Source: Nitrosopumilus sp. (GTDB lineage Archaea; Thermoproteota; Nitrososphaeria; Nitrososphaerales; Nitrosopumilaceae). Taken from it: a stretch of 64,000 nucleotides of DNA. Where the stretch lies: the NCBI GenBank assembly GCA_963667665.2, contig OY763927.2, positions 1,184,001-1,248,000 of the forward strand, given 5' to 3'. Below the pieces are notes generated by a model, which worked only from the letters and a program-made list of their open reading frames with translations, did not search any database and was not told where the DNA came from. The translations under genes were made by a program, and so were the position numbers. This document shows positions 1 to 9,736 of the stretch, piece after piece (the first letter of the stretch is position 1; each line of letters opens with the position of its first letter).

Positions 1-98
1 CATAGATATTTATTGTTCTTAATATTATAATATTATAAACAATTTTTAAAGATACAAGTTATTTTCAAACACACTTTCGGATAGTATATTTATTAGGT

Positions 99-1133
99 AT
101 GAATGAATCGCAAAATATCTTGAAGATAGCAGTGATGGGAATGGGAGTAGCAGGATCTTATCTCATGGCCAGACTAAAAGATTCTGAACATGAAGTTGTA
201 GGATATGAAAGAATGGTAGAAGAAAGACATGACTCTATTTGTGCTTGGGGTACAATAAAGTCAGAGTTAGACAAGTTCTGCGAAAAGACTGGCAGAGATT
301 TTGATGACTTTATGATTCATGATGGTAAAACCATGAAAGTCAAGATGGGTAATGGTGTAAAATTTGATATTGGATTACATGGATTATGTACGTATAACAA
401 ATTAGCATTAATCAAAGATTTTATCAAAGATTCTAAGGTACTTTATGGAACAGCACCAAAGCTTGAAGAGTTAGAAAAAGAATATGACATGATAGTTGAT
501 TGTACAGGATTTCATAGAATTTATCTGCCAAAGCTAAAAGAAGATTTTTTCTTGCCAACATATGAATACAAAGTTGAATATGAAAACGGTGTACCATTTG
601 ATGACTTTTACCTAGAACCATTTCCTGGAATGTCAGGATATTTTTGGTACTTTCCATTAGGTGAAAAATGGGCACACATTGGAGCAGGGGACTACAAAAA
701 GAATCACATCAAAGTAACTGATGATTTCTTGAAAAAATATGGAGGTAAAGTACTCAAAACTAAAGGACGTCCAATCAGGCTAGCCACACCTGATAGATGT
801 AAACCATTCTATTCAGGAAAAGTAGTTGGTGTTGGTGAATCAATTGGAACAGTTTTTGCAATGTTAGGTGAAGGAATTATTCCATCTATGCAGTGTGTTG
901 ATATTTTTCTTGAAAACATGCATGACTTTGCAGCATATGAAAAGGCAGTTGATAAACACTTCAAGGTATATGCCAAGGTTTTTAATTTCGTTAGAAAAAA
1001 AATCCACAAGGACTTTAATTTCTTCAAGGCATTACCTGACTTTATTGCAATATTTCTATACATGAAAAAGCATGAGAAAAGATTTGGAATGGACATTAAG
1101 ATTAGTAATTTAATGAAAGTAGCCAAAGCCTAA
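99..1133 (+). CDS. FAD-dependent oxidoreductase, geranylgeranyl reductase-like
   Basis: N-terminal Rossmann motif KIAVMGMGVAG, GYFWYFP and VGESIGTV...GEGI motifs typical of GGR-family flavoproteins; true start may be TTG at 120. Confidence 0.75.
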   Translation: MNESQNILKIAVMGMGVAGSYLMARLKDSEHEVVGYERMVEERHDSICAWGTIKSELDKFCEKTGRDFDDFMIHDGKTMKVKMGNGVKFDIGLHGLCTYNKLALIKDFIKDSKVLYGTAPKLEELEKEYDMIVDCTGFHRIYLPKLKEDFFLPTYEYKVEYENGVPFDDFYLEPFPGMSGYFWYFPLGEKWAHIGAGDYKKNHIKVTDDFLKKYGGKVLKTKGRPIRLATPDRCKPFYSGKVVGVGESIGTVFAMLGEGIIPSMQCVDIFLENMHDFAAYEKAVDKHFKVYAKVFNFVRKKIHKDFNFFKALPDFIAIFLYMKKHEKRFGMDIKISNLMKVAKA

Positions 1134-1834
1134 CTAAAACTAACTGAACCAAATCCTTCTCGATTGGTTCTATTTGATGCCATATTGTAATCGTAAATAA
1201 TTTTTGAGTATTCTTTGAATTCGTCTTTCATAGGATCTAAAGTATCTGCCAAGTAAAATCCTGGACAATCACCGGTAAACTGAAAAGTTGCATGCACACG
1301 GGGTGTTCCTTTCTCATTTTCTAGCCAAGTACTAAATGGATAAAGATAACATACTCCAGGTCTATCAGGATGCATACCACAACCTCCCTCTTCATTTAAA
1401 AATCTACATGAGATATGTGTTCCATCATCAGCTTCTGTCTCTTCTTTCTTTCTTTTTAGATTAATTGTAGTCATTGTTGTCATCTCTCCTGATGGCCCTG
1501 GTTCTGAATATGTTACAGTTATAGTTTCATTTTTTATAAAATCCGAAGTCTTTTGATATTTCAAACCCTTTCCAATAGTTATTAGGTCATCAGAAGTTAA
1601 CGGAAGTCTTCCTTGTCTATCACAACAATTATGACAGTCAGGCCAATAACATTTCCATAAGATGTATTTTTTTTGAGAATTAAGAAATGGTACATGAAAA
1701 ATTACATCTTTTACTTTTAGTGGATAATCAGTCACATCAGTAACTTTACCTAAAGTAAATTCTCTTAATATTGGGTCAATGTCCCAATTTTTTTCTAGCA
1801 AATTTAATGATTCTTCAATTTCTTTTTGAGACAA
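1130..1834 (-). CDS. YkgJ-family (CxxCxxCC) cysteine-cluster protein
   Basis: CYWPDCHNCC, CRFL...CGMHPDRPGVCYLYPF motifs. Confidence 0.8.
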   Translation of the reverse strand: MSQKEIEESLNLLEKNWDIDPILREFTLGKVTDVTDYPLKVKDVIFHVPFLNSQKKYILWKCYWPDCHNCCDRQGRLPLTSDDLITIGKGLKYQKTSDFIKNETITVTYSEPGPSGEMTTMTTINLKRKKEETEADDGTHISCRFLNEEGGCGMHPDRPGVCYLYPFSTWLENEKGTPRVHATFQFTGDCPGFYLADTLDPMKDEFKEYSKIIYDYNMASNRTNREGFGSVSFS

Positions 1835-1931
1835 TCAAGTTATAACATATTTTTTAGATTTTATTAATGTAGTTAGAATAAAGTAATTTCAGTAAATGAT
1901 TATATTCTAAAACACCAGAATTTGTTTTGGT

Positions 1932-2019
1932 AGCCCGATAGTCTAGCGGTCAAGGATTCTGCCCTCTGGATCTCATGAGTGGATAGGCGGAGACGGGAGT
2001 TCGAATCTTCCTCGGGCTA
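1932..2019 (+). tRNA. tRNA-Gln(CTG) with 15-nt canonical intron (1970-1984)
   Basis: Acceptor stem AGCCCGA/TCGGGCT, anticodon stem CTGCC/GGCGG with CT-CTG-G, GTTCGAAT T-loop; the extra 15 nt fall at position 37/38. Confidence 0.9.
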
Positions 2020-2048
2020 CTGTAAAAATTTCTAAAAACAGTAAAGTT

Positions 2049-2648
2049 CTATCTTGATGCTTGTGCGATTCTTTCTAGCTCATGTTTCTTCTTGACTGAA
2101 GGAGCGTTAGAATCGTTTGCTGCTGCAAGTATTAGTTGTTCTGCCATGTGTTCTTCAATTGATTTTGGATTGGAAAATGTTGCCTCTTTGATTGCATCGG
2201 CGATAAATTTCAAAGCCATATCAACTCTTCGGATTGGAGCAACATCAACTGATACATGGTATGTAGTACCACCATAAACAATTCTAGTAGTGTCTTCGTT
2301 TGGAGCAGAAAACTCTACGGCTCTAACTAAAACTTCAACGGGGTTTTGTCCAGTCTTTAGTGCAATAATATCAAATGCAGATTTTACAGTGTTGAGAAGT
2401 TTAGTTTTCTTGCCAGTCATTCTACCAGTGTTTTTTGCATATTTCTTTCCAAAGTGCATTGACTTGTTGATTAATCTCTCAACAATGTTAACATCAGCTT
2501 TGTTGAATCGCTTTAATGCTGAACGACCATATGTGTATGGTAAAATTTGTTTTCTTAGACAGATTGCAGTTTTTAATCCAGGATCTTTGATTTCAATGTC
2601 TGATAAATCCCATTTTCTAAATAATAACAAGTTCTTTGTTTCTGCCAT
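2049..2648 (-). CDS. rps7: 30S ribosomal protein S7 (uS7)
   Basis: IVERLIN, SVDVAPIRRVD, KKKHELERIAQASR; follows S12. Confidence 0.97.
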   Translation of the reverse strand: MAETKNLLLFRKWDLSDIEIKDPGLKTAICLRKQILPYTYGRSALKRFNKADVNIVERLINKSMHFGKKYAKNTGRMTGKKTKLLNTVKSAFDIIALKTGQNPVEVLVRAVEFSAPNEDTTRIVYGGTTYHVSVDVAPIRRVDMALKFIADAIKEATFSNPKSIEEHMAEQLILAAANDSNAPSVKKKHELERIAQASR

Positions 2649-2650
2649 GT

Positions 2651-3091
2651 CTATCTCCTTGGTTTCTCTTTCTTGCCAATTACTAATTCATGAAGTGATG
2701 TATCATTTACTTTGAAAACTTTGAATCTAACTCCAGGAATATCTCCCATTGCACCACCTTGTGTTGCACCCATACCTTGAATATGTACTTCATCATGCTC
2801 ATCAATGAAATTCATTGCACCGTCTCGTGGCAAAAATGCTGTAACGGTCTTTCCATTTTTAATTAATTGAACTCGAACACATTTTCTTATAGCAGAGTTG
2901 GGTTGTTTTGCTGCAATACCAACTTTTTCTAAAACAATACCTCGTCCTTGAGGAGCGCCTCCAAGAGGATCAGATTTTTTATCAATACCAAGTTTTCTTC
3001 TTTTGTAAGTAGAGATTGCCCATCTCTGTTTCTTTTTCTTAGAGTTCAAAACTCTACCAGCAAATAATCCGAGGGGTGATTTTCTTGTCAT
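2651..3091 (-). CDS. rps12: 30S ribosomal protein S12 (uS12)
   Basis: [31 protein letters not shown]. Confidence 0.98.
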   Translation of the reverse strand: MTRKSPLGLFAGRVLNSKKKKQRWAISTYKRRKLGIDKKSDPLGGAPQGRGIVLEKVGIAAKQPNSAIRKCVRVQLIKNGKTVTAFLPRDGAMNFIDEHDEVHIQGMGATQGGAMGDIPGVRFKVFKVNDTSLHELVIGKKEKPRR

Positions 3092-3093
3092 TC

Positions 3094-3558
3094 TTACATC
3101 TCCAATGTTGATCTTTTTGGACTGTTAATTAGTACGTTTGTTATATTGAAATATCGTTTTGCAAGTAGACGTGCTTTTTCGGCATTTCTGCCTTCTCGTC
3201 CTACAACAATTCCTTTCTTTCTTGGGTCTACCAATACAATTGCCTGTTTTGAACCATCTGGTCTGGTATTTATTTTCACTTCAGAAACTAGTTTTGAGTT
3301 AAGTAAATTAGTCAAAAATTTTGCTGGATCTTCATCAAATTCTACCAGTTCAACATTTCTCTTGACAATATTTTGTAATGATTTGATATGCATGCCACCT
3401 TTACCAATTGCTAGACCCATTTTACCGGAATTAACTACAAAAATTACTCTATCTTGTTTTTCATCTTCTATACAATCACGTGCAGTTGCACCTGTTACAT
3501 TTTGGAAAAGAGACATCATACGCATTTGATCAGTAGAAAGTTTGATTGCTTGTGTCAT
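3094..3558 (-). CDS. nusA: archaeal NusA-like transcription factor (KH domains)
   Basis: MGLAIGKGG and [12 protein letters not shown] motifs; conserved position between L30e and S12. Confidence 0.93.
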   Translation of the reverse strand: MTQAIKLSTDQMRMMSLFQNVTGATARDCIEDEKQDRVIFVVNSGKMGLAIGKGGMHIKSLQNIVKRNVELVEFDEDPAKFLTNLLNSKLVSEVKINTRPDGSKQAIVLVDPRKKGIVVGREGRNAEKARLLAKRYFNITNVLINSPKRSTLEM

Positions 3559-3621
3559 TAGAATTCCTTTTTATCTCCAACAAAAAATGTCTCATTTAAA
3601 CTTTCATGTAATAAAATACAA

Positions 3622-3945
3622 CTATTCATTTTTTTCCTCAGCTTCTGTATCTTTTAGAATTGTTTTGATGTTTGCATCAGTTATTGATGTGAATGAAATT
3701 GTTGAAATTCTAAATTGTAAGCCACATAGTCTACCCAATGCGACTGATGTTCCCTGAAAGTTCACTAATGGTATTTTTTCTTTTTTTGCATCTAATTCAA
3801 TTTTCTCAAATATTTCTTTTTTTACTGATTGAGACAATACAAGTAGCTTGGAATTTTTTATAGAGTTCAAAACTTGTTTAGTGCCCATCGTTAACTTATC
3901 TTCTTTAAGAGCATCCTTCAATGATTTTTCAAGTATCTTACTCAT
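3622..3945 (-). CDS. rpl30e: 50S ribosomal protein L30e (L7Ae/L30e family)
   Basis: LTMGTKQVL...FQGTSVALGRLCG; synteny with nusA. Confidence 0.9.
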   Translation of the reverse strand: MSKILEKSLKDALKEDKLTMGTKQVLNSIKNSKLLVLSQSVKKEIFEKIELDAKKEKIPLVNFQGTSVALGRLCGLQFRISTISFTSITDANIKTILKDTEAEEKNE

Positions 3946-4020
3946 GTGTTTCCTTATGATGATCGTCTTAACAGGGCTTTATAGGTTTATTGAAAAATTT
4001 TATAGTTAAAAACAGAAAAC

Positions 4021-5583
4021 TTAGTTTAGAAAACCAAATAGAGAACCTAAAGAAGAAAATACAAGACTCATCTCTTCAAAAAAGTTAGTTGGTTTTTGTT
4101 TTTTTGAATCAAATAAAATAGTTTTTTCAGATAAAGAAGATTTGTGATTAATAATATTTTTAGTTTCAAATTTATCTATAGTGTTAACTACATTATGAAT
4201 TTGTGAAGTTTCTGATAAGACAATTTCAAGATTTTTTCTAGCAGTAATATAATGAGAGTTTTTTGTTAGAATCTCATTATACAAGGAAATGGCATCATCA
4301 GTATTTCCAAGATTTGCAAGAGCATTAGCCTTGTTATTTTTAGCAGGTAGGAAATTAGGATCAATATTGATTGCTTGATCATAGTACAATATTGCCTCTG
4401 AAAAATATCCCAATTTTCCTAAAGTGGAACCTTTGTTTACAAGAATTTCCACATCATTAGGATTGTCAATTAATGATTCATTAAAAAAATTCAAAGAACT
4501 ATCAAATTTACATAATCGATACAAGGCAGGACCCATACCATCATAATATGAAATTGTATCAGTGAATGTACTTGAATCACATTTCAAATTAATTTGATTC
4601 AGTAATTTACCTAATTCCATATCCTCTACAGTAAGATTAGTTTGTTTTTTGATTTCAGTTTTTACTATGATTTTTTTTGAATTATTTTTTTTATCAATTG
4701 GTTTTGCTTCTTCAATTTTAGGATTTGTTATTTTTTTAATATTTTTTTCTTCAGTAATTATTTTTTCATCTAATGAAATATTTGTACTATCAGAAATGAT
4801 TTCATCAAATGATTCTTCAATTTTTTCTTCAACGTGTTTATTTTCTTTAATTTTTTCTTCAATAGTATTTTGGATAGTCTCATCAATTATTGATGAGGGA
4901 ATTTTGTAATAATCAAAAAAAGACATGGCTTCTGTTTCTGCATAATATGCTTTTATTGAATATGTACCATCTACTCTAAAATTTACACTGTCTTTTACAA
5001 GAAAGCTTGTAGAAAATTCTAAATTAGAATCAATGGAGCCAAAGTAAAATCCTTCTGGTGTTCCAAATGGATCATAAACTCCTATCAACACTGTAGGTGA
5101 ATCTAATTTAGAAACTAAACCAGTGATTTTGATAAAATCTTTGTCAATGTATTGTTTTTTGTCAGTATAAAGTAAAATGATTTCAGGTTTTTCAAAGTGC
5201 TCAACTAAAATTTCAGGTTCAGAAAATTCATTTTTCATAACAAAATAATGATTTTCAGAAATTTGTCCATAATCTAATTTTACCATGTATTTCCCAATTT
5301 TTTCATAAAAGGGAGAGTCAAGTGAGATTGTTTTAAAAAAGGTATTCTGAGAGGATATTTCTAAATTATTTGCAGACAAAATTTTTCCATTGGGATTATA
5401 GATGCTTAATGCAATTATTGGCATTTTAAAATCAAGAATTTCACCTGAAATGGTGAGAGAATCACCTGTCTTGTATTGTTCTTGATTAAAATCAACAACA
5501 AATGAATCAGCAAGAACTTCTGTAAAAATCAAAGGAGACAATGCAGTTAACACTAGCATTATTCCTAGCAAATATCCTAACAC
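4021..5583 (-). CDS. secreted/membrane-anchored protein with Ig-like repeats and C-terminal TPR repeats
   Basis: N-terminal signal peptide; two 'D..Y..GD.(L/I).I(S/T)G' repeats; TPR-like NKGSTLGKLGYFSEAILYYDQAINIDPN and NNKANALANLGN. Confidence 0.75.
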   Translation of the reverse strand: MLGYLLGIMLVLTALSPLIFTEVLADSFVVDFNQEQYKTGDSLTISGEILDFKMPIIALSIYNPNGKILSANNLEISSQNTFFKTISLDSPFYEKIGKYMVKLDYGQISENHYFVMKNEFSEPEILVEHFEKPEIILLYTDKKQYIDKDFIKITGLVSKLDSPTVLIGVYDPFGTPEGFYFGSIDSNLEFSTSFLVKDSVNFRVDGTYSIKAYYAETEAMSFFDYYKIPSSIIDETIQNTIEEKIKENKHVEEKIEESFDEIISDSTNISLDEKIITEEKNIKKITNPKIEEAKPIDKKNNSKKIIVKTEIKKQTNLTVEDMELGKLLNQINLKCDSSTFTDTISYYDGMGPALYRLCKFDSSLNFFNESLIDNPNDVEILVNKGSTLGKLGYFSEAILYYDQAINIDPNFLPAKNNKANALANLGNTDDAISLYNEILTKNSHYITARKNLEIVLSETSQIHNVVNTIDKFETKNIINHKSSLSEKTILFDSKKQKPTNFFEEMSLVFSSLGSLFGFLN

Positions 5584-5683
5584 ACGAGTAAAAATGTAAT
5601 TTTCTATTTAATAATCACGTAGAAAACATACTTTTTGATTCAACGATATCAAAAATTGAATTTAATGTTTGATGGATAAATTT

Positions 5684-5914
5684 CTAAGAATCTTCTTTAG
5701 GAATAGAAACTGCCAAAATATTATCACCACGTATCAAAACTGTTCCAAGTTTTTCAGGATTTTCATCAGAAATGTATTCTGCATCATCCAAAGTCAAATT
5801 CATGTGAATGTCAAATTGTTTTAGTCTACCTTGAATAGTTGGGGTATTTTTCATTCTAAGTAAAACAACTTTATCTTTACTGTTATTCATTAATGTTGAA
5901 ATTTCAAAAGCCAT
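5684..5914 (-). CDS. Sm-like (LSm) RNA-binding protein
   Basis: GRLKQFDIHMNLTLDDA (Sm1) and LIRGDNI (Sm2). Confidence 0.93.
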   Translation of the reverse strand: MAFEISTLMNNSKDKVVLLRMKNTPTIQGRLKQFDIHMNLTLDDAEYISDENPEKLGTVLIRGDNILAVSIPKEDS

Positions 5915-5944
5915 AATTGTTCAGTGTAGTTTATTTTTTATTCC

Positions 5945-8900
5945 TCATTTTTTCTTGCTTACTTGCATGTATAAATCAACAGTACCACTTCCAATTGGAA
6001 TGTTACTTCCAACAATTACATTTTCAGTAATACCTTTGAGTTGTTCAATTTCTCCACCAAGTGCAGCTTTTGCAATTGTTGGTACTGTAATTTCAAATGC
6101 AGCTCTTGCAAGAACACTATCTTTTGTACCAGCAATTCCATGTCTACCTATTTGTTGCATGTAACCTCTTGAGCACATTAAGTCTGATACTAGCATGATA
6201 TACCTATTATCAACTTCTAGTCCTTGGTCTTCTAGAGTATGATTTAGTTCATTAATCAATGAATTTCTTGCAGCTTCAATACCTAAAGTTCCTGCAACTT
6301 CAAAGACATTATTTGTTCTAACATTTTGTTTGTCAATACCTTTGACTTCAAGTACTTTGGCAATGTTAGATCCAGTTGTTTGGATAACCCATTCATCATC
6401 TTTTTGAACTAATGTAACTCGTTCAATGTCTGGAACTCCTTTAACTGTAGTTTTAAGAACTTTATTTCTAATTGCAATTGCAGTTGGAGCATCACATTCG
6501 TCAACTAGTTTTAGAGTGATTAATTCACCAATTATTTCCATCTTGAATTTTTTATTTGATGAAAGTGCATTTTCTATCTCGGTAATTGTGCATCCTCTTT
6601 CTTTAAGTCTATTCTCACTTACAATTAGTTTGATTTCAGTTGAATAATCAGTTTCAGTATCAGCAAGTAATGCACTTACTTGAGTTTGTAATACATTTCT
6701 TGCAACATCTATTGCTTTTTCTCGTGATTTCTTTGATTCATTATCAAGATAGATATCCATAGTTGGAGTTACAGGTTTCTTTCTTGCATCAACTAATTCA
6801 ATTAGTCGTGGAAGACCCAATGTAACGTTTCTTTCTTTAATTCCTGCAAAGTGGAAAGTTCTCAAAGTCATTTGAGTACCAGGTTCACCAATTGATTGAG
6901 CAGTAATAATTCCCACAGCTTGTCCTGGTTCTACTTGTGCACTATTGTAAAGTGAAAGTCCTTTCTTACATACAATTTCTGCACCATCTTTACTCAAACC
7001 AGATTTCTGTAAGGTATCAATTACAAGTGAAGTTAATCTTGGATTAAACGTCTTTGTATATTTTTTAGTAAGAGTATCAATCTCATCTTTTGTAGCTTTC
7101 TTGCCAGAATCAATAAGGCTTTGAGATTCAGTTAGTCTTTCAATGTTAAATGCCTCACCATGATCACTTTTTTGCACATCTATTCCGTCTTCGCCATAAA
7201 GGAATTGAACAATGTGACCATGTGGATCTCGTACTGTTCCATCATATTCTAATCTAATGTGTTCTAATGCGTTAATCAGTCTACGTTGCATGTAACCACT
7301 TTGTTGTGTTCTAACTGCAGTATCTACTAGTCCTTCACGACCACCCATTGCATGGAAAAAGAATTCTAATGTAGAGAGACCTTCTCTGTAATTGGATTTC
7401 ACAAATCCGTGTGCGTCAGGATTTGGATCATTTTCTACATAATGTGTCAATGCACGATTAGTGTAACCTGTATTCATTCTATCTCCTCTTCTGGATTGTT
7501 GACCCAAGGCACCTGCCATCTGACCTACGTTTAGAGATGAACCTCTGGCACCAGTTGTAGCCATAATTTTTCCAGCATTCATATCATCAAGTGAACTATT
7601 TGCAGTAGATCCTGCTTTGTCTCTTGCTTTACCTAATTCATTTACAATGTATGCTTCTAATGCCTCTTCAGGCCTCATACCTCTTGTGAGTTTTAGAGTT
7701 CCTTTTTCATATTGACGAGTCAAGTCAGCCACTACATCATAAGTTGATTTAATATCATCAATAATCTGTTGTCTCTCTTTTTCTGGAACTTCAAGATCAC
7801 CAAAACCATAACTAAAACCATAATGTGTAATGAATTGTTTAACCATAATTAGAATAGAGTTAAGGAAATTTTTTCCAACTTCATTTCCATAGTCTTTTAC
7901 AATTCTATGTAAGACACTTTCTGGCTCTTCTGCACCTATGGATGTTTTATCAATTACACCACTAATTAGTTCACCATTTTTAATTACAACATCTTTGTCT
8001 TTTCCACCTGTTCCTTTTGACCATTTTGATGTGAGAACATAGTTGAAGTCTTTTGGAAGAAATAATGAGAATAGTTGTTTTCCAGTATATGCTGGTCCAT
8101 CTTTTGTTTTAGTGGCAGGTTTAGGAAGTTGACCAGTATAGTTACCAAGCATTGCAAGGTTTGAAAATTCTTGGACAGATAGTGTTGTATCATCTTTAGT
8201 TAGAAGATACGCACCAGTAACAAAGTCTCTTAGTGCTCCAATAATTGGACCGCCATATCTTGGAGAGATTAATTGATCTTGAACTCTCATCAAAAGAATT
8301 GCTTCTGCTCTTGCTTCTTCACTTTGAGGAACGTGAAGATTCATCTCATCACCATCAAAGTCTGCGTTGTATGGTGGACATACAGAAGGATGTAATCTGA
8401 AAGTCTTACCTGGAAGCACCCTAACATAGTGAGCCATAATAGACATTTGATGAAGTGATGGTTGTCTGTTAAACATCACAATATCACCATTTGAAAGATG
8501 TCTTTCAATTAGATATCCATTCTCAAGTGTTTCAGCAATTATAGAGCGGTCTTCGACAAAATCTAATCTAATCTTTACACCATCAGGTCTAACGATATAA
8601 TTTACACCTGGGAATATATCAGGTCCGTTAATTACAAGTTTTCTCATTCTATCAATGTTCCATTCTGTAACAATTTCAGGAATTGTTAGTTTCATTGCAA
8701 CTTGAGTAGGAACTCCAACTTCAGATAAATCCAAACTAGGATCTGGAGAAATTACAGTTCTACTTGAAAAGTCAACTCTCTTTCCAGATAATGAACCTCG
8801 GAATCTTCCTTCTTTTCCCTTGAGTCTTTGAGTCAATGTTTTGAGAGGACGACCAGAACGATGATGTGCTTGTGGAATTCCAGAAACTTCGTTATCAAAA

Positions 8901-9736
8901 TATGTTGTAGTGTGATATTGTAACAAGTCAACTAAATCTTGAACAATTAGTGGTGGAGTTCCTGCATCTTTACTTTCTTTTAGTCTTTGATTAACTCTAA
9001 TGATATCAACCATTTTGTGTGTCAAATCATCTTCTGATCTTATTCCTGTTTCAAGAATAATTGATGGTCTAACAGTTACAGGTGGGACAGGAAATGCTTG
9101 AAGAATAAACCATTCGGGTCTTGCAGTAACAGGATCATAGTTTAATAGTTTCAAATCTTCATCAAGTATTTGTGAAAATCTTTCTCTAATTGTTATTGGA
9201 AGTAATCTATGTTCACCAATTTCTGTTTTCTCTACAAAAATAGTTGGCTTTGTAAAGATTAACTCATATTGTGTTTTTCCACAATGAGGACATTCTTTTG
9301 CTTTTTTTGCTTTCTCTATGATTTGTTCTGGAATACGTTTTTGAGAAATTACAGTATAAGCAGCTTTTTTGTTTTTAATTTTTAGAAATACATCTAAATC
9401 TTCTTGAGGAACTTTGAGTCTTGCACAAGAACGACATGTTGATTGTAATAGTTTGTAGATATTATCAATAAATGCAATATGTAAGATGGGTTCAGCAAGT
9501 TCAAGATGTCCAAAGTGCCCAGGACATCGCGCTGCTGTATTTCCACATGTAAGACATTTTTGTCCAGGCTCAAGAGTACCAAGTCTGCCATCCATAAGAC
9601 CTCCTTGTACTGCCATTCCATCTTCATCATATGTTTCAGGAGCAGTAATTTCAGCAACAGAGTATTTTCTAATTTCAGTTGGAGACCATACTGAAAAACG
9701 AATTGCATCAATTTTTTTTATTGCTTGAATAGACAT
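5945..9736 (-). CDS. rpoA1: DNA-directed RNA polymerase subunit A, unsplit A'+A'' (Rpo1)
   Basis: Catalytic NADFDGDEMN motif and the A'' motif GEPGTQMTLRTFHFAG are in one 1263-aa ORF. Confidence 0.98.
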   Translation of the reverse strand: MSIQAIKKIDAIRFSVWSPTEIRKYSVAEITAPETYDEDGMAVQGGLMDGRLGTLEPGQKCLTCGNTAARCPGHFGHLELAEPILHIAFIDNIYKLLQSTCRSCARLKVPQEDLDVFLKIKNKKAAYTVISQKRIPEQIIEKAKKAKECPHCGKTQYELIFTKPTIFVEKTEIGEHRLLPITIRERFSQILDEDLKLLNYDPVTARPEWFILQAFPVPPVTVRPSIILETGIRSEDDLTHKMVDIIRVNQRLKESKDAGTPPLIVQDLVDLLQYHTTTYFDNEVSGIPQAHHRSGRPLKTLTQRLKGKEGRFRGSLSGKRVDFSSRTVISPDPSLDLSEVGVPTQVAMKLTIPEIVTEWNIDRMRKLVINGPDIFPGVNYIVRPDGVKIRLDFVEDRSIIAETLENGYLIERHLSNGDIVMFNRQPSLHQMSIMAHYVRVLPGKTFRLHPSVCPPYNADFDGDEMNLHVPQSEEARAEAILLMRVQDQLISPRYGGPIIGALRDFVTGAYLLTKDDTTLSVQEFSNLAMLGNYTGQLPKPATKTKDGPAYTGKQLFSLFLPKDFNYVLTSKWSKGTGGKDKDVVIKNGELISGVIDKTSIGAEEPESVLHRIVKDYGNEVGKNFLNSILIMVKQFITHYGFSYGFGDLEVPEKERQQIIDDIKSTYDVVADLTRQYEKGTLKLTRGMRPEEALEAYIVNELGKARDKAGSTANSSLDDMNAGKIMATTGARGSSLNVGQMAGALGQQSRRGDRMNTGYTNRALTHYVENDPNPDAHGFVKSNYREGLSTLEFFFHAMGGREGLVDTAVRTQQSGYMQRRLINALEHIRLEYDGTVRDPHGHIVQFLYGEDGIDVQKSDHGEAFNIERLTESQSLIDSGKKATKDEIDTLTKKYTKTFNPRLTSLVIDTLQKSGLSKDGAEIVCKKGLSLYNSAQVEPGQAVGIITAQSIGEPGTQMTLRTFHFAGIKERNVTLGLPRLIELVDARKKPVTPTMDIYLDNESKKSREKAIDVARNVLQTQVSALLADTETDYSTEIKLIVSENRLKERGCTITEIENALSSNKKFKMEIIGELITLKLVDECDAPTAIAIRNKVLKTTVKGVPDIERVTLVQKDDEWVIQTTGSNIAKVLEVKGIDKQNVRTNNVFEVAGTLGIEAARNSLINELNHTLEDQGLEVDNRYIMLVSDLMCSRGYMQQIGRHGIAGTKDSVLARAAFEITVPTIAKAALGGEIEQLKGITENVIVGSNIPIGSGTVDLYMQVSKKK

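Noticed and set aside
5945-9736. Fused RpoA'/A'' as a novelty
   Set aside because: An unsplit subunit A is an established trait of Thaumarchaeota; it is used here only as a taxonomic clue.
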